64,000 bases of DNA, taken from positions 1,056,001 through 1,120,000 of the forward strand of contig OY970303.1 of the NCBI GenBank assembly GCA_963716255.1, read 5' to 3'. Made by a program: the position numbers and the translations under genes. The DNA comes from an uncultured Gemmatimonadales bacterium (lineage in GTDB: Bacteria; Gemmatimonadota; Gemmatimonadetes; Longimicrobiales; Longimicrobiaceae). Positions 30,193 to 64,000 of this stretch are shown in pieces (position 1 is the stretch's first letter; the number at the start of each line of letters is the position of its first letter). The notes beneath the pieces were generated by a model. That model was given only the letters and a program-made list of their open reading frames with translations, was not told where the DNA came from and did no database searches.

Positions 30193-30756
30193 TCACATGC
30201 AGGCGCCCCCCGCCGTCTCCGACTGGTAGTACTGGACTTGGGGGCCGCTGCCGATCCCGCCGTCGCAGCCACCGCTGCTGCCGTACCACACCTCGGTCTG
30301 CTGCCAGGCGCTGGTGGGGGTGTTGGTGGTGCTGGAGGCCACGCCGGCCTGGTAGTTTTCCTCGGAGGAGTATTCGATCGTTTCCGTCTCGTTTCTCTGC
30401 ACAGTCTCGCCTCCCTGGACGTTGCTGGGCGTCGACTGGAACACGGAGCGGAAGAGCGATACGATGGTCATGATGGCGCCGAGCACCTTGGCGATCTGGG
30501 TAATGGCGCTGACGAACGTCTTGAACCAGTTCCAGAACCCTCCCCGCACCGCTCCCATCTCGGAAGCGGAGAGCTGCACGGCGGCGGCGGCGGGAGCCTG
30601 GGCCTGGACGGCGGCCGCGAGTCCGGCGGCCGGGAGGGCCTGGGACGCGACGCGCGAGGGAATGGATGCGGCCGCCGGAAGCACCGGGACCGCGGGCACC
30701 ATGCCGGTGGCCAGTGTCACGGCGAGCATCCAGCTGAGAGCCAGGTTTCTGAGCAT
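30193..30756 (-). CDS. Putative secreted bacteriocin/RiPP-like precursor (signal peptide + double-glycine leader + amphipathic core)
   Basis: AGGAGG RBS; hydrophobic N-terminus; LSASEMGAVRGG matches LSxxELxxIxGG; followed by FWNWFKTFVSAITQIAKVLGAIMTIVSLFRSVF. Confidence 0.75.
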   Translation of the reverse strand: MLRNLALSWMLAVTLATGMVPAVPVLPAAASIPSRVASQALPAAGLAAAVQAQAPAAAAVQLSASEMGAVRGGFWNWFKTFVSAITQIAKVLGAIMTIVSLFRSVFQSTPSNVQGGETVQRNETETIEYSSEENYQAGVASSTTNTPTSAWQQTEVWYGSSGGCDGGIGSGPQVQYYQSETAGGACM

Positions 30757-31229
30757 GTCCTACCTCCTGGTCGTTTGTGTGAGAACTTCCTGTGGGTTTC
30801 CTCGACACGATTTCCCTCTGCGGCACCACTCGGCATTCTGCCCACACGGCATTCTTCCAGCGCGGATTCGCCTTTGCACGCGGTGAACGGAAGGGTGCGC
30901 CGATCGGGCATGAAAGGCACACGCGGGGGCTACCGACTAAACCTGTCGTCAAATAGGTCCATTCGGGACAAGGGAGTCCTGAGGGGTCCGGGCGCAATGC
31001 TCCCCGAGCCCTGAGCGGTCAACGGCTCCGCCGACGTGCCGGAACTCTGGCAAGGGCGCCGAAGCAATCTACGGAATGGCAGCCCGGTGCGCCGCGATCG
31101 GTCCAGAAGAATGATCAGGCGGAAGGAGCCGCCGTGAAGCAGACAGAAGGGAGCTGCGGGTCGGAAGTTTCGAGAGAGGCTGCCGGTGGCGATGCTGGAC
31201 CGGTCATTCGAGCACCGCCGCTGGATTAC

Positions 31230-31258
31230 ACGTTAAGAGCAGGCATGCCCGAAGTCAA
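31230..31258 (-). promoter_or_regulatory. Promoter TTGACT-N17-TAACGT upstream of the precursor gene
   Basis: 17-nt spacer; followed by GTAATC, as in the twin promoter at 31937-31965. Confidence 0.55.
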
Positions 31259-31295
31259 CATGAAAATTCGTTTTATGAACGCGCATTACCGGACT

Positions 31296-31856
31296 TCATT
31301 TTCTGGACGGGCCCAAGGCGGGTCCGGGAGCGAACAGGAGCACGTTGCCCGTCCACAGGGCCAGGAAGCTCGTTTTCGGCAGCGCCACCCGTCCGATGGC
31401 CGGGTCGCGGACGTGCACCGTGCCGTCCGGCTCGATCCGGTCCACCACCACGTAGTGGTTGTCGAAGTGGGCCACGGCGGGGAGCGGCGCGCGGGCGAGC
31501 CCCGGAAAGTCCAGGCGCCACCCGGCAGCCGCCAGCCCATGCTCCCTGGCCACCGACTGCATCTCCAGCAGCGAAAGACCCTCGCCGCGGTCCAGGACGC
31601 GGCCGCGAACGGCTTCCAGTGCGGAGGGCCGGTGATGCTCCTCGAAGATCATCGCGAGCACCGCGACCCCGCAGTCCCATGTGCCTTTCTGCAGCCGCAC
31701 ACCGCTCCGGCCCTGGTAGTCGCCTCCGACCGACAGGGTCCATAGGCGCGCCACCGGCTCCGGGGCCACCGGGAGGGTGAGCCCGACCGCGAGCGTGCCG
31801 CCCGCCCCGGCGAGTGCGAGGACGACCGCAAAGCTCCGTGCGCGGGACATGGGCAT
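31296..31856 (-). CDS. Stand-alone C39 cysteine peptidase with an N-terminal signal/TM segment
   Basis: Q....DCGVAVLAM (catalytic Cys), LSLLEM, HYVVV (His), DPAIG (Asp) and WTG; no ABC domains. Confidence 0.88.
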   Translation of the reverse strand: MPMSRARSFAVVLALAGAGGTLAVGLTLPVAPEPVARLWTLSVGGDYQGRSGVRLQKGTWDCGVAVLAMIFEEHHRPSALEAVRGRVLDRGEGLSLLEMQSVAREHGLAAAGWRLDFPGLARAPLPAVAHFDNHYVVVDRIEPDGTVHVRDPAIGRVALPKTSFLALWTGNVLLFAPGPALGPSRK

Positions 31857-31936
31857 ATGGGAGGAGGGATCCGGAGGTGTGGTGAAACGGTTCGGACCAG
31901 CGGACAGCGGAGGACGGAATCGCCGCGGGTGATTAC

Positions 31937-31965
31937 ACTGTAGGATCGGGACATTCACAAGTCAA
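31937..31965 (-). promoter_or_regulatory. Promoter TTGACT-N17-TACAGT upstream of the C39 peptidase
   Basis: 17-nt spacer in an AT-rich divergent intergenic region. Confidence 0.6.
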
Positions 31966-32200
31966 TACGCTTATTATGCGATCTTTATAAGCCTATAGAA
32001 ATAACGACATCCGGAAGCTCGTCCATGAGCGCCTGTCGATCAGCAAGCCGGCGGGAGCGCGTCTACAGCTCCAGCAGCCGTGCTTGCAGCCGGCGCGCGG
32101 CGCCCCTATGCTTGCGCGCGCCGGAATGGGCTTATCCGCCCGCGGCTTTTGTCCTCCGTGGGCGCTTCCACGTCCAACTTCGTCGAGAGATGCAGCCCCG

Positions 32201-34183
32201 ATGAGCCGAGCCCCGATCCGAGCGCGCCGCCTCCGCTCCCGTCCGCTTCCTTTCCTCGCGGTCTTCCTCCTCCTCGGCTTCGCCGCCGGATCCCTGGCGG
32301 CCCAGGTCCGGCATCCGCTGGACCCGCTCACGGCGGAGGAGATCACGGCCGCGGCCGGCATCCTCCGGGCCTCGCCGCAGTTCCCGAGGGGCGCGGCCTT
32401 CTCGACCATCGTGCTCCGGGAGCCGGACAAGGACGCCGTGCTCGGCTTCCGCCCGGACGCGCCCGCCGCGCGGCAGGCCTTCGCCGTGGTCCTGGACCGC
32501 AGGGGCAACCGCACTTTCGAGGCGGACGTCGACCTGGAAGCGCGGCGCCTGGTCTCGTGGCGGACCGTGGAGGGGGTGCAGCCGCTGGTGATGGCGATCG
32601 AGTACGAGGAGCTCCCCGGCATCGTCAAGGCGGACCCCCGCTGGCGGGCGGCGATGCGCAGGCGCGGCATCCGCGACCTCGACGAGGTGCAGATCGACGG
32701 CTGGGCGGTGGGGGAGGTCCCGCCGGCGCACCGGGGGAAGCGCCTGCTGCGCGCCCTCGCCTACCTCAAGGGCGGCTCCGTCAACTTCTACGGACGCCCC
32801 GTCGAGGGCGTGGTGGCGCTCGTCGACATGAGCGCCGGGCGGGTCCTGGAGGTGGAGGACACCGGCGTCGTGCCGGTCGCGCCCGCGAGCCAGGAGCTGG
32901 ACGAGCGCTCCACGGGGACGCGGGAGGCGCCGAAGCCGCTCGTCGTGCGGCAGCCGGAGGGAGCCGGCTTCCAGGTGGACGGGCAGGAGATCCGCTGGCA
33001 GAAGTGGCGCTTCCGCTACACCATGCACCCGCGCGAAGGGCTGGTGCTGCACACGGTGGGATACGAGGACGAGGGGCGCGTGCGCCCCATCCTCTACCGC
33101 GGGTCGCTTTCGGAGATGGTCGTGCCCTACGGCGATCCGGCGGCGGGGTGGCGCTGGCGGAGCGCGTTCGACGTGGGGGAGTACAGCGTCGGGCGGCTCG
33201 CCAGCCCCATCGAGCCCGGGACGGACGCGCCGGAGAACGCCACGCTCCTCGACGCCACCTTCGCCGGCGACGACGGCGAGCCCTACGTCCTGGAGCGCGC
33301 CGTGGGAATCTACGAGCGGGACGGGGGGCTGCTCTGGAAGCACTTCGAGAGCTATTCCGGCCGCAACGAGTCCAGGCGCGCGCGCCAGCTCGTCGTGTTC
33401 TTCATCGCCACCATCGGGAACTACGACTACGCCGTCAACTGGATCTTCCACCAGGACGGCGTGCTGGAAGTGGACGCCGCCCTTACCGGGATCATGCTGC
33501 CCAGGGGCGTGGCCGAAGCGCGGGCGGACGGACACGGGGCCGGCTCCGCCACCGGCCACCTGGTGGCGCCGTACGTCGCCGCGCCGCACCACCAGCACTT
33601 CTTCAGCTTCCGGCTGGACCTGGACGTGGATGGTCCGGGCAACTCCGTCCACGAGATGAACACGCGCGCCATTCCCGCCGGACCCGACAACCCGCTTCTC
33701 GCCGGGATGGCGATGGAGGAGACGCTGCTGGGGACCGAGCGGGCGGCGGGCCGCCGCATGGACATGCAGTCGGCGCGGACGTGGGCGGTGCACAGCGCCT
33801 CGGCGCGCAACGCGCTGGGGCAGCCCACGGGCTACGTCCTGGTGCCGGGGACGAACGCGCTCCCGTACGCCGCGCCGGAATCGCCGGTGCGGCGGCGCGC
33901 CGGCTTCATCGACAACCACTTCTGGGCGACGCGCTACCACCCGGACGAGATGAGCGCCGCCGGGGCCTATCCCAACCAGAGCCCAGGCGGCGACGGCCTG
34001 CCCAGGTGGGTCGCCGACGACGAGCCGATCGCGGGCCGGGACGTGGTCGTGTGGTACACGCTGGGCACCACTCACATCCCCCGCCCCGAAGAGTGGCCCG
34101 TGATGCCGGTGGCCCACGTCGGCTTCCGGCTGGTGCCGGCCGGCTTCTTCGCCCGCAACCCGGCGCTGGACGTGCCCCGGTAG
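32201..34183 (+). CDS. Copper-containing primary amine oxidase (TPQ), exported
   Basis: Signal peptide, HPLDPLT, TIGNYDY (topaquinone), HQH copper ligands and HIPRPEEWPVMP. Confidence 0.93.
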   Translation: MSRAPIRARRLRSRPLPFLAVFLLLGFAAGSLAAQVRHPLDPLTAEEITAAAGILRASPQFPRGAAFSTIVLREPDKDAVLGFRPDAPAARQAFAVVLDRRGNRTFEADVDLEARRLVSWRTVEGVQPLVMAIEYEELPGIVKADPRWRAAMRRRGIRDLDEVQIDGWAVGEVPPAHRGKRLLRALAYLKGGSVNFYGRPVEGVVALVDMSAGRVLEVEDTGVVPVAPASQELDERSTGTREAPKPLVVRQPEGAGFQVDGQEIRWQKWRFRYTMHPREGLVLHTVGYEDEGRVRPILYRGSLSEMVVPYGDPAAGWRWRSAFDVGEYSVGRLASPIEPGTDAPENATLLDATFAGDDGEPYVLERAVGIYERDGGLLWKHFESYSGRNESRRARQLVVFFIATIGNYDYAVNWIFHQDGVLEVDAALTGIMLPRGVAEARADGHGAGSATGHLVAPYVAAPHHQHFFSFRLDLDVDGPGNSVHEMNTRAIPAGPDNPLLAGMAMEETLLGTERAAGRRMDMQSARTWAVHSASARNALGQPTGYVLVPGTNALPYAAPESPVRRRAGFIDNHFWATRYHPDEMSAAGAYPNQSPGGDGLPRWVADDEPIAGRDVVVWYTLGTTHIPRPEEWPVMPVAHVGFRLVPAGFFARNPALDVPR

Positions 34184-34325
34184 GCGCTTTCCGCAGACAA
34201 GACTGCGCGGCGCGAGGGGCACGCCCGCGGCATTTCCGCCGATCGCCCCCGGGGACCCCGCCGCCCGCCGAGCCCTGCCGGGTCCGCCACGAGAACGTGA
34301 CGCTGCACATGGAAGCCGCCAAACG

Positions 34326-34354
34326 TTGACGAGTGGCGCCAGGCAGAACATCTT
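34326..34354 (+). promoter_or_regulatory. Possible sigma70 promoter TTGACG-N17-CATCTT for the P450 gene
   Basis: Spacing and partial consensus only. Confidence 0.3.
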
Positions 34355-34451
34355 CGACGTCGTGCCGGCACGAGCCCGCACACCACGGCCGGGCGACGCC
34401 TTGCGGACCGCGAAGGGGACGAGATGACCAGGACGTCGAGGGAAACGATCG

Positions 34452-35678
34452 ATGAGCGGTGAGATGGGTTCCGCCGCTGCGCGACCGACCACGCTGAAAG
34501 GCCTGACGGAAGCATACACGGACCCCCACGGCCTTTACGACACGCTGCGGGAGCGCGACCGGATCAGCTTCGACCCGGCGAGCCGCTGCTGGCTGGTGAC
34601 CGGGCACGAGGCGACCCGGAAGGTGCTTTCCGACACTCGCTTCGTCTCCGACCCCGTGGTCACTGCGCCGCAGCCGCGCCGGAGCCCCCGCCGCTCGTTC
34701 ATCACGGATTCGGTCCAGAAGCAGGTCATCTTCACCGACGGCCCCAGGCAGACCGCGGCGCGAAAGGCCGTGCTCGTGGAGCTCGCCCGCCGCTCGGACT
34801 CCCTCCTCGAGCCGCTGGATGCCGCGGCGCGGGCGCTGGCGGAGCGCGCCCGCGAACGGCGGGAGGTGGACCTGCTGGGGGAGTTCGCCGTCCCCTACTC
34901 GATGGAGGCGATCTCGATGATCATGGGGCTCCCCGTCGGGGACCCGGAGGAGATGGCCCGGCTGGAGCGCTGGTCCACCACGTTCGCCAACGTGACCAGC
35001 GGATACCTGCAGGTGGACATGCAGGAGATCTCCCTGCTGGGCGAGTACTTTCGCGCCCAGGTGGCCGCTCGGCAGGGAACCCCCTCCGACGACCTGATCG
35101 GCGCGCTCCTGCGCGACGGAGGGCTGGAAGACGAGGAGGACGTCGTCATCCAGTGCATGATGGCGTTCGCCGCGGGGCGGGTCACCACGCAGAAGCTTCT
35201 CGGGAGCGGGATCCCGCTCCTCGTTCCGGCATGGAGCGTGTGGCGGGAGCAGGTCCGGACAGCCCCGGCGTCCGCCCGCCGACTCACCGAAGAGCTCCTC
35301 CGCGTGGTGACGCCCACCCGCTACGTGGCCCGCTTCGCGGCCGACGATGTCCGCTTCGAGGGCGGCGAGGACGACGCACCCACCATACGGCGCGGGGAAA
35401 AGGTGATCCTCTTCCTGGAGGCGGCCAACCGCGATCCGCAGGCATTCCCCGCCCCCCACGTCCTCAAGGCCGACCGCCAGCCGAACCCGCATCTCGCCTT
35501 CGGCTCCGGGTCGCACCGCTGCCCCGGGGCCGCGGTCGCCCGCATCGAGGTCCAGGCAGCGCTGCAGGCACTGCTGGAAACGCTGACGACGCTTCGCCAG
35601 CACCCCTCGCGCCCGCCCACCTGGGAGCGGAACCCCAACCTGGGGGGCTACGCCTCGTTTCACTGCCTCTGCGGCTAG
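34452..35678 (+). CDS. Cytochrome P450
   Basis: EELLR (ExxR), ANRDP and HLAFGSGSHRCPG heme motif. Confidence 0.93.
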   Translation: MSGEMGSAAARPTTLKGLTEAYTDPHGLYDTLRERDRISFDPASRCWLVTGHEATRKVLSDTRFVSDPVVTAPQPRRSPRRSFITDSVQKQVIFTDGPRQTAARKAVLVELARRSDSLLEPLDAAARALAERARERREVDLLGEFAVPYSMEAISMIMGLPVGDPEEMARLERWSTTFANVTSGYLQVDMQEISLLGEYFRAQVAARQGTPSDDLIGALLRDGGLEDEEDVVIQCMMAFAAGRVTTQKLLGSGIPLLVPAWSVWREQVRTAPASARRLTEELLRVVTPTRYVARFAADDVRFEGGEDDAPTIRRGEKVILFLEAANRDPQAFPAPHVLKADRQPNPHLAFGSGSHRCPGAAVARIEVQAALQALLETLTTLRQHPSRPPTWERNPNLGGYASFHCLCG

Positions 35679-35704
35679 GGCTGGCCCGCGGTGCGAAAAC
35701 GCAG

Positions 35705-35735
35705 GCGGCAGCCCCGGTGGAACCGGGGCTGCCGC
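35705..35735. terminator. Hairpin terminator between the convergent P450 and radical SAM genes
   Basis: Stem gcggcagccccggt/accggggctgccgc; short T-run on the minus strand. Confidence 0.7.
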
Positions 35736-35789
35736 TCGTCGTCCGCTCGCGGACGGGTGGGCCGACGCCGCCGGGAGCGGCGGCGGCGA

Positions 35790-37709
35790 TCAGGCGATCG
35801 CGGTGAGCTCGAGCTCCTCCACCGGCACGCCGGCCGGCTTGGCCGGCGGCACGACCAGGCTGAGGTAGCGCTCCCCCTCGTGGAAGACGAGCCCATGCTC
35901 GAGGAGCCAGGCGAGCTCCGTTTCGACCTGCACGTCCTCCAGCTCCTTTTCCAGGTTCACGAGCTTCTTCGGGGTTGCGAGCGCCGCCAGCAGGCGGCAG
36001 GCATCGTCGGAGATCCGGTACTCCACGGCCGAGCCGGACCGCGAGTCGTACACGGTGGTGGCCCCGCCCCGATCCGACAGGTACAGCCTGGGCCGGTACT
36101 CCTGCCGCGCCCACAGGCTCGCCCACCTCTCGTACTTCTCCCGCAGGCGCCCGATCATGCGTCCCACGTTGGCCTGGTACTGCGCACCGTAGTTCGTGTC
36201 CGCGAAGTAGTACGCCAGGTCCGTCAGCGCCTCCTGCGCGAACGGGTAGGTCATGGGGTAGTAGTCGAGGGGCTTGAGGTTCAGCCCGTACGCATCCCGC
36301 TCGTCGAAGTAGGGGCTGAACCGGTCGAAGCGGACCGGGTGCACGCCTCCCGGCGGCGTGAGGTGGTAGAGGAGCGGCATGTCCTCGAGGTACTTCTCGT
36401 AGATGTCGATCTCCTCGCCCGGGAAGCCGATGAGCAGGTTCCACGCCGGGTAGATGCCGTAGCGTACGGAGTTGATGAGGAACTGCAGGTTCTGGAACAC
36501 CGACGTACCCTTGCGCATCCGCTTGAGCGTCGACGTGTTGAGCGCCTCGATCCCGGGCTGGATGGAAAGCACCCGCGCCTTGGCGAGCACCCGGAAGTCC
36601 TCCTCCGAGAGATCGGCCTTGACCTCGTAGAACAGCTCCATGGTGGGCGGAGTGTCCAGGTAGGGGAGGACGTCGGTCAGGTAGCTCTTGGGAAGGATGT
36701 TGTCGACGCTCTGCAGGTGGGTGACCCGCCCGGCGTGCTGGAAGAGCGAGTTGAGCAACTGGAAGGCGAGATCCGGCTTCATCGAGCGGTAGTTCATCGT
36801 GGTGCCGTTCAGGCCACAGAACGTGCAGTGGGCCCGCTCTCCCCACCAGCATCCGCGAGAAGTCTCGAACATCAGGTACGGCTGCATGGCGCCGGGGAAG
36901 TTGGACTCGTAGTCGTCCAGGAACCGGTCGTAGTCCAGCGCCACGGGCTCGTTGATGTCCAGCTCCTCGCCGAAGGAGCGCACCGCGTCCAGGCCTCCCA
37001 TCTCCACCAGCCCGCCGCTGGAGCAGCCGGCGGACTGGACCCGGTTGCGGCGCGAGAAGACGCCGTCGATCCTGTGGCATCCCGCCTCGTCGCCCTCCAT
37101 CCGGCAGCGGATCAGCTCGGGGAAGCTCTTCAGCGCCGGCCCGGAAAAGACGAAGTCCACCACGTCCAGGTTGTCCACCAGTACCCGCCCCATGGGCGCC
37201 TCGCAGTTGGCGCCGCCCATCACGATCACCACGTCCGGGTTGCGCGCCCTGATGAGCCGCGCCATGGCCATCGTCGCCACGTTCTGCGAGAACATGGTGG
37301 TGAACCCCACCATGTCCACGCGGTCCAGCCCGTAGCGGTCGATCATCTCGTTGAAATGCCGCTCCACCCCGTGCCGCTTCTGGTCGACGGCCGCCTTCAG
37401 CATCCGGTTCCGAGGGTCGTGCAGCGGATAGTACCGCTGGAAGTACTCGTCGGAAGTGTCCGGCGCGTCGGGGAACGCAACCTCGCGGAAGAACCACTCG
37501 CCGAGCCCGCTGGCGTGGTGCGTGAACGAGTTGAGCTCCGCGTAGGCGGGCAGGCCCAGGTACAGCGCGAACTGCTGGTTGAGGTAGTGGATGTCGACAG
37601 CGACGCGTCCCCCGAACCTCTTCTCCACCACCGAGCGGAGCTGCGTCAGCGCGACGGAGGGAAGGTGCAGGTTACCCAACGGCATGTTCACGAGGGCGAT
37701 CTTGTACAT
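35790..37709 (-). CDS. B12-dependent RiPP-maturation radical SAM C-methyltransferase (rSAM_ocin_1 / PoyB-PoyC-like)
   Basis: LVNMP..PSVAL, VGFTTMFSQN, GGANCE, ETSRGCWWGERAHCTFCGLN (CX7CX2C), IQPGIE, WNLLIGFPGE and RFDRFSPYF; GAGGA RBS before the ATG at 37709. Confidence 0.88.
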   Translation of the reverse strand: MYKIALVNMPLGNLHLPSVALTQLRSVVEKRFGGRVAVDIHYLNQQFALYLGLPAYAELNSFTHHASGLGEWFFREVAFPDAPDTSDEYFQRYYPLHDPRNRMLKAAVDQKRHGVERHFNEMIDRYGLDRVDMVGFTTMFSQNVATMAMARLIRARNPDVVIVMGGANCEAPMGRVLVDNLDVVDFVFSGPALKSFPELIRCRMEGDEAGCHRIDGVFSRRNRVQSAGCSSGGLVEMGGLDAVRSFGEELDINEPVALDYDRFLDDYESNFPGAMQPYLMFETSRGCWWGERAHCTFCGLNGTTMNYRSMKPDLAFQLLNSLFQHAGRVTHLQSVDNILPKSYLTDVLPYLDTPPTMELFYEVKADLSEEDFRVLAKARVLSIQPGIEALNTSTLKRMRKGTSVFQNLQFLINSVRYGIYPAWNLLIGFPGEEIDIYEKYLEDMPLLYHLTPPGGVHPVRFDRFSPYFDERDAYGLNLKPLDYYPMTYPFAQEALTDLAYYFADTNYGAQYQANVGRMIGRLREKYERWASLWARQEYRPRLYLSDRGGATTVYDSRSGSAVEYRISDDACRLLAALATPKKLVNLEKELEDVQVETELAWLLEHGLVFHEGERYLSLVVPPAKPAGVPVEELELTAIA

Positions 37710-38190
37710 GGGCGTCCTCATCCTGAAGGAAAGTTCTCGCCCCCTCTAGGCGCTGCACGGGCTGACGGCGCCAGGAGCACCCGGCGAGGAGATCGGCGTC
37801 TTCCTGGAGGTAAACAAGAGTTGCGAGCGTGGCATCGGCAATCTATAACTGTCTGTTAGTCGGCGCAACTTTTGTGTCTCGCCTGTCAACTACCCTTGAC
37901 GGATGCCCGATTTCCTCCTGTAGACCTTCGCGCCCACCACCGGATGCCGGTCATCTATTTACTAGACCGGAGTCTTGCGATATCTATAGGTCAAACTCCA
38001 CCGCCTGGAGAGGATCCACAACGGTTTCCGGTGATGCCGCGATACCCCGGATCCTCTCCAGTCACACCCGTGCCGTGACGTCCACCGGAGCGTGGGCGGG
38101 CGGCGCAGGAGAACGCGGAGGGCCGGACCTGAGCCACCGCTGGAGAACGCCTGTCCGAGCAGCCAGAGAACCGCGAGAGACCCCGTCGAC

Positions 38191-64000
<25,810 letters not shown>

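Noticed and set aside
30134..31745. Overlapping ORFs 30134-30997(-), 30422-30886(+) and 31134-31745(+)
   Set aside because: They overlap better-supported genes (precursor with RBS, C39 peptidase) and have no recognisable motifs
35790..37709. Radical SAM enzyme as a DarE ortholog
   Set aside because: It has a B12-binding domain and a CX7CX2C motif, and lacks the CX3CX2C + SPASM layout of DarE
37722..38190. Promoter or sigma-54 site in the AT-richer rSAM/NRPS divergent region
   Set aside because: TTGAC hexamers are present, but I found no correctly spaced -10 box or TGGCAC-N5-TTGC match

Overview
Very GC-rich bacterial DNA. A Gemmatimonadota/Longimicrobium-like origin is my inference from gene content and intergenic palindromes, not a verified assignment. 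1-12.4 kb is a minus-strand LPS/cell-surface glycan operon: PorX/PglZ-type response regulator, MsbA-like ABC exporter, four GT4 and one GT9 glycosyltransferases, DegT aminotransferase, NDP-sugar epimerase and an AsnB-like fragment. 12.8-23.8 kb holds housekeeping genes (sigma-70 family factor, signal peptidase I, aldehyde dehydrogenase, NtrC/NtrX-type regulator, cysteine desulfurase-like enzyme, LarE, divergent LspA), interrupted by an AT-richer, frameshifted tailspike-like beta-helix gene. 24-64 kb is a secondary-metabolite island. It contains a MacAB-TolC exporter; a 187-aa precursor with a Sec-like signal, an internal double-glycine leader and a core starting F-WNWFKTF (the darobactin W-N-W-x-K-x-F pattern); a stand-alone exported C39 peptidase; a copper amine oxidase; a P450; and a B12-dependent RiPP-type radical SAM enzyme. 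It ends with a giant NRPS (>8,600 aa, missing from the ORF track because it runs off the window) predicted to assemble Ser-Leu-Ser-Ser-Gly-Gly-Gln-Leu-. The intergenic spaces carry families of structured ~130-150 nt repeats with clear compensatory stem changes. Three homopolymer frameshifts look like long-read assembly errors.
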